Counted from the stretch's first letter, positions 8,220 to 17,516 are shown. The stretch: 19,743 nt of DNA from an uncultured bacterium (GCA_964619725.1 CAZUFC010000140.1:1-19743), one strand, 5' to 3'. A program made the numbers and translations. The notes: generated by a model not told the origin, from the sequence alone.

Positions 8220-10028
8220 ATGATGTTTTTGAAAAAAAAGAGGATTCAATTCATATTTCTGACGCTGGGCATTGTTTCTTCTGCTGCAGGGTCTGTTCTT
8301 CTTCATGCCCGCAATTCATCGGGTGTCTGGTTTCTGTTGTTTGCTTTCCTGGTTCTCGGAGCGACGCAATTTCGGATTTATGACCGTTTGACCGGCGGCG
8401 ATGCCGGGAATAGAGTCGGTCTGTTAATGGAAATAAGCGTCGTTGTTCTGGCTTTGGCTATAACCGGCTGGTCGTGTTTTTCCTATTTAGGTTCCCTGGA
8501 TGGATTCCATTATGATACGGCTGAGATTACAGGAGCGGTAACGGAGAGGGCGCGCATTCTGGAGGAAACCGCATCGCCGTTGTTCCGGTTTATGATGGAA
8601 AGGCCTCATACAACGGTAATTGCTTTGATCGTAAATGAGTTCGGATTCGGATTATGGCAGCTTCGTATCTTCGGAGCGTTGTTATGTTTCCTGACTGCGC
8701 CTCTGGTTTATTTGACTGTTCGCCTGATATTCGACCGAACGGCGGCGGCCCTGGGGATTCTGCTTTATTCCGGTTCTTTATGGAATTTTACATTGAGCAA
8801 GGTAGCCACCTGGGATGCGGCTGTTTCTTTCGTCAGCATTCTGACTGTTTTTCTGACGCTGGCGATCCTCAAAAAGAAAAGAGGCTGGCTGTTATTTCCG
8901 TTGCTGTTATTTGCGATCATCTGGGGATTCAATATTTATGAGGCTTACCGGTTGACTCTGCCGGTCATCGCCGGCATTGCGTTTCTGGGAGGACTGTTCT
9001 GGAAGAGATACAGAATTCGCGCTCTGGTCATCGCCGCTGGACTGGGAATCAGCGTTTTTATCCAGTCGAGTTACGTGGATTCGTTGTTCTGGGAACGCAT
9101 AGCAGGATCAAAGCTGGTGGAAATGAACATACACCAGATATTCACCGAATTCGCTTCCAATCTGCTTGGCGGTTTATTCTACGGCACCAGGGACATATAC
9201 CTGTCGCCTTCTCAAAACGGCATGGACCACCCTTTATTTATAGGACTGTTTCTGGCCGGGTTTTTCATCACCTTGTCCAGGATTCATCGCTTTGAATCTT
9301 TTATTTTCGCTGTCTGGTTGATCATTCCCTCGGCAGCCGCGCTCGTTTTTGAGGGACAATGGCGACGAGCTTCGGCCGCCATGCCTGTGATCTACATATA
9401 CGCTTCAATTCCATTGGCTGCGATGAGTCGTTCCTTGATGGAATTTTTCAAAAGAGACGCTTTTAAGGCGAGAAAAATAATTTTTGGCGCGGTCTCGCTG
9501 GTTGCTGTGATTATAGTGTTCCTCAACATTTCGAGATTTTCAGACATCCAGCAGAACCGGTCCGGCGGGTATTACGTGATGAAGGAGGAGCTGGCAGCGG
9601 CACGCTACGCTACGGAATTACTCAAAAGAATGCCGGTTTACGTGTTTTCCGACAGTCACGACGTCCTGTGGAATTTCATCAATCGTCTGCAGGGCGGAGA
9701 TGGGGATTATTTTCAGTGGGAATCGAATCTTCTTGCGCCTTTCGGAAACACTGCAGGGAAGATGCATGAAGTTTTATCTCAGGCGCTGGAGTCTGAAGAA
9801 CATAAGACGGCGGTATTCATGAATAAAGAGGATGATATGATTTTGCCTTATATCCGGCGTATGGAACGCGTTGAAGCGGGAGCCGGGGATGGAGCGTTGC
9901 GGAGCGATTTTCCCGGCGGCGGAGATTCCTTTTTGCTTTATGTCTTAGGCGATTCAAACGGGAAGAAACAGGAAGCGGATTCATTTTTTAAAGATAGCGA
10001 AGGGCAAGGTCTTGACACATTGCATTAA
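8220..10028 (+). CDS. GT-C fold multi-TM glycosyltransferase (PMT_2/GT39/ArnT-like)
   Basis: About 12 hydrophobic segments, an acidic first-loop motif (GFHYD), LRIFGALL...LVYLTVRLIFDRTAAALGILLY...WNFTLSK typical of ArnT/PMT-like proteins, and a soluble C-terminal domain. Confidence 0.75.
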   Translation: MMFLKKKRIQFIFLTLGIVSSAAGSVLLHARNSSGVWFLLFAFLVLGATQFRIYDRLTGGDAGNRVGLLMEISVVVLALAITGWSCFSYLGSLDGFHYDTAEITGAVTERARILEETASPLFRFMMERPHTTVIALIVNEFGFGLWQLRIFGALLCFLTAPLVYLTVRLIFDRTAAALGILLYSGSLWNFTLSKVATWDAAVSFVSILTVFLTLAILKKKRGWLLFPLLLFAIIWGFNIYEAYRLTLPVIAGIAFLGGLFWKRYRIRALVIAAGLGISVFIQSSYVDSLFWERIAGSKLVEMNIHQIFTEFASNLLGGLFYGTRDIYLSPSQNGMDHPLFIGLFLAGFFITLSRIHRFESFIFAVWLIIPSAAALVFEGQWRRASAAMPVIYIYASIPLAAMSRSLMEFFKRDAFKARKIIFGAVSLVAVIIVFLNISRFSDIQQNRSGGYYVMKEELAAARYATELLKRMPVYVFSDSHDVLWNFINRLQGGDGDYFQWESNLLAPFGNTAGKMHEVLSQALESEEHKTAVFMNKEDDMILPYIRRMERVEAGAGDGALRSDFPGGGDSFLLYVLGDSNGKKQEADSFFKDSEGQGLDTLH

Positions 10029-10226
10029 AAGTTCTAGGTATAAAGAAGCGAGTCGTGATGAAACTTTATAGAAGTAATTTCGCTGTGTGTTGATGCTCGC
10101 GTTGTAAAGAGGATTCTGCGGTTTTTTTAAATGAGAGGACGGAGCTGCAGCATGACGGACGCAACGGAATGAATCGAAAGAATAAGCGAATGACGGGAAG
10201 GATAGCAGGGAATGGAGGATGTTGAG

Positions 10227-10322
10227 ATGAGGAATTCGTTTCCGGTAAAGATCGAAGCATTCTGCGGCGTCAATGAATTTTTGCGAGTCGATGATAAACC
10301 ATTCCGCATTCAGAGCGGTTGA
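10227..10322 (+). CDS. Possible 31-aa small protein (MRNSFPVKIEAFCGVNEFLRVDDKPFRIQSG)
   Basis: GGAGG at 10214-10218, 8 nt before the ATG. It fills the otherwise empty region before etfB. No homology evidence. Confidence 0.25.
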   Translation: MRNSFPVKIEAFCGVNEFLRVDDKPFRIQSG

Positions 10323-10364
10323 AGACTTTTTTGAAATTTTCATAAGCATAAAAGGAGGATATCA

Positions 10365-11114
10365 GTGAAGATTATCGTATGTGTGAAGAGGGTTCCGGAC
10401 ACGGAAGCGAAGATACAGCCGTCGGGCGACGGAAAAGCGATTGATCGTTCGGAACTGACGTATGTGTTGAATCCTTATGATGAGTATGCGATTGAGGAAG
10501 CTTTAAGGACGAAGGAGGCGCGTGAGGGTACGGTAACGGTATTGAGTCTGGGGCCGAGCGAGGGGACGAAGGAGATCAGGACTGCTTTAGCGATGGGTTG
10601 CGATGATGCTGTTCATATAACGACGGACGGATACGTGAATGATATATTCGGCGTGGGTAATGCATTGGCGGCCGCATTAAAGGAAATGGAATATGATTTG
10701 ATATTTTTCGGCAAGCAGGCCGTGGACGACGGAAGCTCAGCCATAGGACCCTACGTATCCGAGCTTCTCGGCATACCGTGCATCAGCAGCGTGGGAAAAT
10801 TGGAGATTGAAGAGGATAAAATAAAAGCCCACATGCCCATAGAGGGAGGAACGTCGGTAATTGAATGCGGTTTTCCGGCAGCCCTGACTGCGGACAAGGG
10901 TTTGAACGAGCCCCGTTACGCTGGTTTAAAGGGTATAATGAAAGCGAAGAAGAAAAAGATCGATTCGAAGCCTGCGGGAGATATCCCGGTGAAATTTGAA
11001 ACGATGGAGATTCAGCCTCCGCCGCCCAGAGCGGAAGGAAAGATAGTAGGCGAGGGAACAGAAGCTGTTCCGAAATTGATCGAATTACTGAAAACCGAAG
11101 CCAAGGTACTGTAG
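10365..11114 (+). CDS. etfB: Electron transfer flavoprotein beta subunit
   Basis: MKIIVCVKRVPD, NPYDEYAIEEAL, ALAMG, GKQAVD, LNEPRY...GIMKAKKK. AGGAGG RBS before the GTG start. Confidence 0.97.
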   Translation: MKIIVCVKRVPDTEAKIQPSGDGKAIDRSELTYVLNPYDEYAIEEALRTKEAREGTVTVLSLGPSEGTKEIRTALAMGCDDAVHITTDGYVNDIFGVGNALAAALKEMEYDLIFFGKQAVDDGSSAIGPYVSELLGIPCISSVGKLEIEEDKIKAHMPIEGGTSVIECGFPAALTADKGLNEPRYAGLKGIMKAKKKKIDSKPAGDIPVKFETMEIQPPPPRAEGKIVGEGTEAVPKLIELLKTEAKVL

Positions 11115-11130
11115 AGAGGGGGGCTGAATA

Positions 11131-12099
11131 ATGGCGACGAAAATATTAGTATATGCAGAGCAGAGGGAAGGCAAACTGAGACAGGCGGCTTTTGAATGCG
11201 TAACGGCTGCGAAGAGGATAGCGGATGAAATGGGCGGCTCGGTCGAGGCTGCTGCGCTTGTGCCGAATATCGAAAATTTAGATGATCTGGCGAAATACGG
11301 CGCTTCCAGAATACATGCTGCGAGTGACGATGCGCTCAAGGATTACACTTCGGACGGTTATGCGGCGGCATTGGCTGACAGGGTAAAAGAAGTCGGCCCG
11401 GATTACATATTTCTGAGCGCTTCCGCTGAAGGCAAGGATTTTGCCCCACGGCTGGCGGCTCGTTTAAGCTGCGGTTTCTGTCCTGACGTGACGGCGATAG
11501 AAGTTAAAGACGGCGCTCTTCAGATAACCCGGCCGATTTACGCGGGAAAAGTCCTGGAAGTATTGAAAAACGTCGATGTACCCCAGGTTGTAAGCCTGCG
11601 GCCTAAGGTTTTCACTGCTGAAGAGGTTCAGGCTGAAGATGCAGAGAAGGCGGAGTTTTCTACGGGACTGGACCCGGCGAATTTCCTGGCGGTATGTAAA
11701 GAGATTGAAAAGGCGGCGGGAGGAAAAAAAGACCTGACGGAAGCGGATATCATCGTTTCCGGAGGGAGAGGAATGGGCGATCCGTCCAATTTCAAGCATC
11801 TTGAAGAGCTGGCTGAAGCCATCGGCGGCGTGGTGGGTGCATCCCGGGCTGTCGTCGACGCAGGCTGGCGTCCTCATGAAGACCAGGTGGGACAAACCGG
11901 AAAAGTCGTGAATCCGACCCTTTATCTGGCTTTCGGCATCTCCGGCGCCATTCAGCATCTGGCCGGTATGAGAAACTCAAAAGTCATCGTAGCCGTCAAT
12001 AAAGACCCCGAAGCGCCTATATTCAATATAGCGGACTACGGCATCATCGGCGATGCGCTTGAAGTCGCTCCTGCCATTACTGCAGCGCTGAAAAGCTGA
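11131..12099 (+). CDS. etfA: Electron transfer flavoprotein alpha subunit
   Basis: RPIYAGK, IIVSGGRG, GASRAVVDAGW, QVGQTGK, GISGAIQHLAGM, VNKDPEAPIF (FAD-binding domain). Confidence 0.97.
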   Translation: MATKILVYAEQREGKLRQAAFECVTAAKRIADEMGGSVEAAALVPNIENLDDLAKYGASRIHAASDDALKDYTSDGYAAALADRVKEVGPDYIFLSASAEGKDFAPRLAARLSCGFCPDVTAIEVKDGALQITRPIYAGKVLEVLKNVDVPQVVSLRPKVFTAEEVQAEDAEKAEFSTGLDPANFLAVCKEIEKAAGGKKDLTEADIIVSGGRGMGDPSNFKHLEELAEAIGGVVGASRAVVDAGWRPHEDQVGQTGKVVNPTLYLAFGISGAIQHLAGMRNSKVIVAVNKDPEAPIFNIADYGIIGDALEVAPAITAALKS

Positions 12100-12215
12100 T
12101 CCGCGCCTGTAAGTTGACTCGTTCAGAGATGAAAAACATAATGTTCGTCAGATATGGCGATTTTCTGACGGATACTGATTAAATCAGAAGGTCCATTTCC
12201 GAAACACACAATAAA

Positions 12216-12267
12216 CAGCGCCTGTCCAAAAATTATTTCAACAAGGGATATTTTTGGACAGGCCCTG
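12216..12267. repeat. Inverted repeat with GCCTGTCCA/TGGACAGGC ends (same short-element family; may also act as a terminator after etfA)
   Basis: Perfect 14-bp stem GCCTGTCCAAAAAT (12220-12233)/ATTTTTGGACAGGC (12250-12263) with a 16-nt loop. Extends to 17/18 bp. Confidence 0.85.
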
Positions 12268-12363
12268 AAAATTATCTTAACCTTTTGAGCGTTCCTGCGA
12301 TCTTTTATTGTTTTTTGCCGCAGGGATGTGTTAAGATGACGGAAGTTTTTGAGGGAGGAGTCG

Positions 12364-12993
12364 ATGTTGGGCAATAAAGGCGGAGCATTTTTTAAAGCAT
12401 ACATCATTTCATTGACGGTGAGTTTAGCCGTCAGTCTGGTCAGTCTTTACTTTTTCGCGTATAAGCCGCAAATGAACCATTACGCTTCAGGTTCGGAGTT
12501 TGCGGCTGCCGGTGATATGGAGAATCCGGCGGATTCTGAAGCTGCAGAAAGGGAAGCTGCTGCTGAGCAGAAAGAATCCGAGAACGCTGAAACAGAAGGA
12601 ACGATAGACCGTTCTTTAGACAGAAAAGATGCCGGCAATCGTTCTTCGTCTCAAAGCGAGACCTCCAAACATTCCGAGAAAATTTCGAGGAATAAAGCCG
12701 CTCAAAAAAACATGAAAAACCAGAATTCTCTTATGAAGGATAAAAAAATTAACAGATTCAGGGGGCGCGGGAGGAATCCATTCAAGAAGGGCGACAACAG
12801 GACGGAAAAAGGCAGCACGGACCTGTTGAACAGAGCGGCTAAGGGAGCGCAAAAAGGCGATGCTGACCGGGGAAGAACCGGTGATGATGAAAAGGTCCTT
12901 CCCGGCGACGAGAAAACGGAATTTGAAGAAAAGGGCGCTCCGGATGCTTCTTCCCAGGAAGCTGCAACTGAAGACGAAGCGGCTACTGAGTGA
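12364..12993 (+). CDS. Hypothetical single-pass membrane protein with a charged, probably disordered C-terminal region
   Basis: GGAGG 5 nt before ATG 12364. One N-terminal hydrophobic helix, then E/K/D/S-rich sequence. 17 nt upstream of the next gene. Confidence 0.75.
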   Translation: MLGNKGGAFFKAYIISLTVSLAVSLVSLYFFAYKPQMNHYASGSEFAAAGDMENPADSEAAEREAAAEQKESENAETEGTIDRSLDRKDAGNRSSSQSETSKHSEKISRNKAAQKNMKNQNSLMKDKKINRFRGRGRNPFKKGDNRTEKGSTDLLNRAAKGAQKGDADRGRTGDDEKVLPGDEKTEFEEKGAPDASSQEAATEDEAATE

Positions 12994-13010
12994 TTGATTC
13001 CGTTAAGTAA

Positions 13011-14000
13011 ATGATTACAGTCCTTTTCACGAACAAATATGATGCGGATACCCGGGCATTTTTGCGCGAAAGATTGAAAAAAGCAGCTTCCGTATATTTC
13101 TTTGAAGCAGGAAAGGAAGATGCCCCTGCAGATGTTTTGAAAAAAGCAGAGGTCATCGTCGGATGGGTCCCGATAAAACCATTGTTGGAGCGAGCCGAGA
13201 ATTGCGTCCTTTTTCAGACTCCTTCGGTCGGCGTCAGCGGAAAAAGATTGGAGTTTTTCAGGGAGCATCCAGAGATAAAAATCGCTAATTCGCACGCCAA
13301 CGCTTATGCGGTGGCGCAGCATTCTCTGGCGCTGCTTCTGTCCCTGTGCAACCGCATCATTCCTTATCATCTTGATATGATTAGCGGCGAATGGACGCCG
13401 AATTCAGACTACATCAGTTCGATCGTTTTAAAGAACAAAACTGCAGGACTGTTAGGCTTCGGCGCCGTGGGCAGGCAAATCAGGGATTTTCTGTCCCCTT
13501 TTCAACTCGACTTCATTGCCTGCACTTATTCCGGCAAAGGGCCGGCGCAAAAAGTCAAAAAATATTTCCGATACGACGACCGGCATAACTTTTTAAAGCA
13601 TACCGATATACTCTTTGCTGCTCTACCGTTGACTCGCGAGACTCGGGGCATGATAGGACAAGAAGAATTGCGGCTGCTGGGAAAAGAAGGCATAATCATC
13701 AACGTTTCCCGCGGCGCGGTGATCCAGGAAAAAGCGCTGTATGATGCATTAAAAAACGAAGTCATTGCAGGAGCGGGTCTCGATGTATGGTATGATTACG
13801 ATCCGGAAACGCAAGACGGGAAAAAATATCCTTTTCACTATCCTTTTCATGAACTATCCCGTCTTGTCTGTTCGCCGCACAGGGCCGCCTCGCCCTTTAC
13901 GGCCCAGGACAGATGGGATGATGTGATGGAAAATATCAACAAAGTAAACGCCGGACGACGCGACTTCGTCAATCTTATCGATCCCGAAAAAGGATATTGA
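13011..14000 (+). CDS. D-isomer-specific 2-hydroxyacid dehydrogenase family protein
   Basis: NAYAVAQH, Rossmann GLLGFGAVG, LPLTRETRGMI, INVSRG, GAGLDVW, SPHRA. Confidence 0.93.
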   Translation: MITVLFTNKYDADTRAFLRERLKKAASVYFFEAGKEDAPADVLKKAEVIVGWVPIKPLLERAENCVLFQTPSVGVSGKRLEFFREHPEIKIANSHANAYAVAQHSLALLLSLCNRIIPYHLDMISGEWTPNSDYISSIVLKNKTAGLLGFGAVGRQIRDFLSPFQLDFIACTYSGKGPAQKVKKYFRYDDRHNFLKHTDILFAALPLTRETRGMIGQEELRLLGKEGIIINVSRGAVIQEKALYDALKNEVIAGAGLDVWYDYDPETQDGKKYPFHYPFHELSRLVCSPHRAASPFTAQDRWDDVMENINKVNAGRRDFVNLIDPEKGY

Positions 14001-14142
14001 ATTAGAAAAACAGGCGATGATAAAAATTCGAGGATTCTTTGAAATCATGCGACAAACGAAGTTATCAAGTGTCAGCCCGGATTTGAGAAGAAATCATTCC
14101 CCTGAATTTTAAACTCCGTTAGCTCGGTCACTGCATAACGTT

Positions 14143-14847
14143 TCAAGAGAAAAAAAGTTTCTGCAAATTCCAGGATATACCGAGCCAGGCTCTGATTACT
14201 GTGTCTATCATACCGGTTACGTTTTTTCTGTCGCCGGTGAAGTCGGGTTCCTCAATGGTTTTTTCTCGAAAAGTCACTTCAGCAATGGCGCATCCGTCAA
14301 TCCGCAAAACTGCGTATGGGCTGACTTCATGCCGGTAACCGAAGGATACGGGCAATTCCGCTGATAATTTTACGTTTATGTCCGACATTAATTCGTTCAG
14401 AGTGAAAAGGGCGTTCTTGTAGTTATCGCTTTTCCTTAATTTTTCAATTAAATCCTGAACTATCGTTTCGACCGACCTGGAATTGTCCGTCATTTTCATG
14501 AACATCACGTTGCAGCAGTAATTAATCAAGGATTCCTTTATTTTTTCGGTCACCTTCTGCCTGTCGGAAGGGGGACATGAAATTTCCAGTTTATCGATTT
14601 TTATTCCCGCCATTCGCAAGACAAAGGAATCACTGAACTTGGACGAGAAGGTTTTCGTAACCGGTTCAAGACTTAAAAACGGGTGCAATTCGCGTGTCCA
14701 ATCGTTCAGTTTTCTGATGCAAGCGATTAATTCACCGGGATTATCAGAATTTCTGAATCGATTCCGAAGCAATTTTTCTTCTACTTTTATGATCATTTGC
14801 CCGATGTTCTTTTCTTCAGCAGCGCCATTATTTTTCTCTTCAGTCAT
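14143..14847 (-). CDS. Hypothetical protein (~234 aa) with apparent internal duplication
   Basis: AGGAGG (14860-14855) precedes ATG 14847, with a near-consensus promoter just upstream. Confidence 0.8.
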   Translation of the reverse strand: MTEEKNNGAAEEKNIGQMIIKVEEKLLRNRFRNSDNPGELIACIRKLNDWTRELHPFLSLEPVTKTFSSKFSDSFVLRMAGIKIDKLEISCPPSDRQKVTEKIKESLINYCCNVMFMKMTDNSRSVETIVQDLIEKLRKSDNYKNALFTLNELMSDINVKLSAELPVSFGYRHEVSPYAVLRIDGCAIAEVTFREKTIEEPDFTGDRKNVTGMIDTVIRAWLGISWNLQKLFFS

Positions 14848-14891
14848 TTGCTTTCCTCCTGTACCGACAAGAGTTAAATGGAATAGAGACA

Positions 14892-14920
14892 ATTATATCA
14901 GGAGGGCCAGGAGGAGTCAA
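14892..14920 (-). promoter_or_regulatory. Near-consensus sigma70-type promoter
   Basis: TTGACT (14920-14915)-17 nt-TATAAT (14897-14892). Confidence 0.8.
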
Positions 14921-14962
14921 AAAAGCGGCTGGAAGGGAATGTCTGTCGGCAGGAGGTTCAAG

Positions 14963-14990
14963 TTGCAATATTCGACGGCGGCGCTATGAT
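14963..14990 (+). promoter_or_regulatory. Putative divergent sigma70-type promoter
   Basis: TTGCAA-16 nt-TATGAT. It overlaps the ORF-track start, which favours a downstream start codon. Confidence 0.55.
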
Positions 14991-15012
14991 GAATGAGGGA
15001 GACACCTGTTTG

Positions 15013-16809
15013 ATGAAAAACACGGGAGCAATTTTGGAACGTCGACTTGCCGTTTTGTTCGCAGCCTTTCTGTTTTGTTTGAGCATAACGGGATGCGATT
15101 CGCGTCCTGAAGAAAGGAATGTATCCGTCAACGAGGCAATATCGCCGGGGAAAGGTTCGGTGCAGTCGATTCTTTTGTCGGAGAAAAGAGAGGAGTATCC
15201 GGTAATCGAGGAGATTAATCCCTTGTTGATCCTGGGTTTCGACAGTCTGAACTGGCCGGCTTTCCAGCCTTTATACCGGCGAGGGATGACGCCGAACCTG
15301 GGTGAGCTGATTGAAAGCGGGACCAGAGGTGAAGTTTCGACCTTAAGGCCGACATTATCCGATGTGATCTGGACATCGGTATTGACGTGCCGCAGTCCTG
15401 CGAAGCACGGGATTACTCATGTTCTGGTCGACGATCCTGCAACAGGGGCAAAGGTGCCCGTAACGAGCAATTTACGGCGAGGACCAGCTTTATGGAACAT
15501 GTTCAATCTCTTCGGCGTTTCGACCTTTTTTTCCCGGTGGCTGGTGACGTGGCCCGCTGAACCGGTGAAGGGGATTCAGATTACTCAGCATTTTTTATAT
15601 GAAAACCTGCAAAAGCGGTCTTATCCTGAAAGATTAAGTCGATACGATTATTACGGAGGGAGCGGGAAATTATGGAAGGGTCCCGAGACAGACGACGAAT
15701 TCATAATGGAACAGAGCGGTGAATTGCGGGCGAACCTGACGTATCTTCAGGAATGGGCGCATTCTGATTCCGTGACTTACCGAATGTCGAGACATACGGC
15801 GATGAAATACAGACCACAGATAAGCGCTGTTTTTTTCTGGGGTCTGGACCGAATTCAGCATCGTTTTTACAAATATACGCATATGCCGGAGGAGGTTTCA
15901 CGAAGGGAGGACAGGATTATCGGTCAGGGCATAATTCCTGATTACATTCGGTTTTACGACGGCATACTGGAAGGAATGATGAGGGCGGTTCATCCGGCTG
16001 ATATATTGATCCTTTCCGATCACGGCATGAAGGGATTCCGGGACCCGAACAAATACGCCATACGGGCCCAGGTAAATGCGGGCGAACCGCTTTACCTGGT
16101 GAAGAACATCGATGTGAATCTCATATTGCAGACACTGGACCTTTTCAAGGCTGACGAATTCGGGATCATCGACTGGGCCAATACGGCAGTTTTTGAAAAG
16201 GAAAAATCCTGGGACCCCTGGAAAAGAAGGCTGTTTATCAATGTTGCCGGAAACGCGCCGTTCGGAAACCTGCAACCTTCGAGAGCCGAAGATATATTGA
16301 GGATACTGACGGAAAAACTGCAAGGGATACAAACAAGGGAAAGGAAATTAAGGCTTTTTGAAAAAATAATGCAGCAGGATCGCGGTTCGTACGTCCTTGA
16401 ACTACACATCAACAAGGCGGTTCCCGATGCTGCGGTCCTGATTGTCGGTGACCGGGAGATTCCCGTCACCCATCTGCAGGAAACCGCCTATCACGGTTCG
16501 GGAAGACACACCCTGGCTCCGCCGGCCTTTTTCGCCGCTGCAGGCAGAAATATCCGCCGTAACGGTTCTCTCGATTCTGCATCCGTCATGGATATCGGGC
16601 CTACAACGCTGGCTCTCGCCGGCATGCCCCTCCCGCGAGATGCCGACGGTAAAGTTATGGACCTGCTGTACGAGACCGGCAAACCCGCGTCACGAGTGAA
16701 TTATAACCTGTCGGACGGCTTTGACTTCACTGACAACCATAAACCCATAAAAACGGAAAAAGACGACGAACTGATAGAACGCATGAAATCATTGGGTTAT
16801 ATTAAGTGA
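15013..16809 (+). CDS. Alkaline phosphatase superfamily (type I phosphodiesterase/nucleotide pyrophosphatase-like) protein, probable lipoprotein
   Basis: LILGFDSL, TPNL, PTLS..IWTSVLT..SPAKHGI, LDRIQH, ILSDHG, GRH, MDIGPT and C-terminal ERMKSLGY. Lipobox-like ITGC follows a hydrophobic stretch. Start is uncertain (14986/15010/15013). Confidence 0.9.
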   Translation: MKNTGAILERRLAVLFAAFLFCLSITGCDSRPEERNVSVNEAISPGKGSVQSILLSEKREEYPVIEEINPLLILGFDSLNWPAFQPLYRRGMTPNLGELIESGTRGEVSTLRPTLSDVIWTSVLTCRSPAKHGITHVLVDDPATGAKVPVTSNLRRGPALWNMFNLFGVSTFFSRWLVTWPAEPVKGIQITQHFLYENLQKRSYPERLSRYDYYGGSGKLWKGPETDDEFIMEQSGELRANLTYLQEWAHSDSVTYRMSRHTAMKYRPQISAVFFWGLDRIQHRFYKYTHMPEEVSRREDRIIGQGIIPDYIRFYDGILEGMMRAVHPADILILSDHGMKGFRDPNKYAIRAQVNAGEPLYLVKNIDVNLILQTLDLFKADEFGIIDWANTAVFEKEKSWDPWKRRLFINVAGNAPFGNLQPSRAEDILRILTEKLQGIQTRERKLRLFEKIMQQDRGSYVLELHINKAVPDAAVLIVGDREIPVTHLQETAYHGSGRHTLAPPAFFAAAGRNIRRNGSLDSASVMDIGPTTLALAGMPLPRDADGKVMDLLYETGKPASRVNYNLSDGFDFTDNHKPIKTEKDDELIERMKSLGYIK

Positions 16810-16894
16810 CCGGGCGCCGGCAGGCGGCGTGTTTCAGCGCTTCTGGATATCCCTGAATCCTTGAAATAGGGCATTTACGGCTTTAGTTGTCAGG

Positions 16895-17425
16895 CTATTC
16901 CATTCTGAAATGGGAAACCGTATCATTCAGGAAAGCTATGAACTGTTCTTCTTCGTGGCCCTGCTGCAGATGGAAATAACGCCTGCCCTGAGGCGAGCCT
17001 AATTCCAGAATGCGTCTTTCCATGTGCAGCAAGCAAGTTTCCAGCTTATTCAGCTCAAACATGATCGCCCCCGGTACGAATTTCATTCCTATATTCAGCC
17101 CGTCATACGCCTGAAGTCTTTTCCTTATCCTGACCATGCGCTGCCTTTTTTCTTCCATGTCTTCCGTATCGATTTCCTGTTCTTTATCCGTTTTTTCAAC
17201 ATACAGCTCGGGTTTCTTCAGTATTTGGGCTGCAATCTTCATGATTTTCTTTTGAATGTCCTTCAGAAGAGCTGAAGCGGATTTGGAGCTGCGACGACTT
17301 GAACGGGATTTCTTTGCCGGGAAAATGTAGATTCGGTCTTTGACGACGACCACGTCGCCGATATCTTCCGTCTTTCGGTAGAATCCTAAAGAAATATCTT
17401 TAAACCAGAAATCAAATTTTTCCAT
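16895..17425 (-). CDS. Hypothetical protein, 176 aa
   Basis: Only long ORF filling the gap, with a good promoter upstream. No recognisable motif. Confidence 0.75.
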   Translation of the reverse strand: MEKFDFWFKDISLGFYRKTEDIGDVVVVKDRIYIFPAKKSRSSRRSSKSASALLKDIQKKIMKIAAQILKKPELYVEKTDKEQEIDTEDMEEKRQRMVRIRKRLQAYDGLNIGMKFVPGAIMFELNKLETCLLHMERRILELGSPQGRRYFHLQQGHEEEQFIAFLNDTVSHFRME

Positions 17426-17458
17426 TATCGCGCCTTTGAGAAAAATTACGCAATTCTA

Positions 17459-17487
17459 ATTGTGGTAAAAAGAAACATATTTGTCAA
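17459..17487 (-). promoter_or_regulatory. Putative sigma70-type promoter
   Basis: TTGACA (17487-17482)-17 nt-CACAAT (17464-17459). Confidence 0.65.
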
Positions 17488-17516
17488 ATCCTAATTGGTT
17501 TATGGATCAAAAACCG

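Noticed and set aside
12702-13370. 222-aa minus-strand ORF, and similar antisense ORFs within etfA and the phosphodiesterase
   Set aside because: They overlap better-supported genes on the opposite strand and have no motifs.
16815-16835. Terminator hairpin GCGCCG-GCAGG-CGGCGT after the phosphodiesterase
   Set aside because: Short stem with a poor U-tract, so not supportable as a feature.
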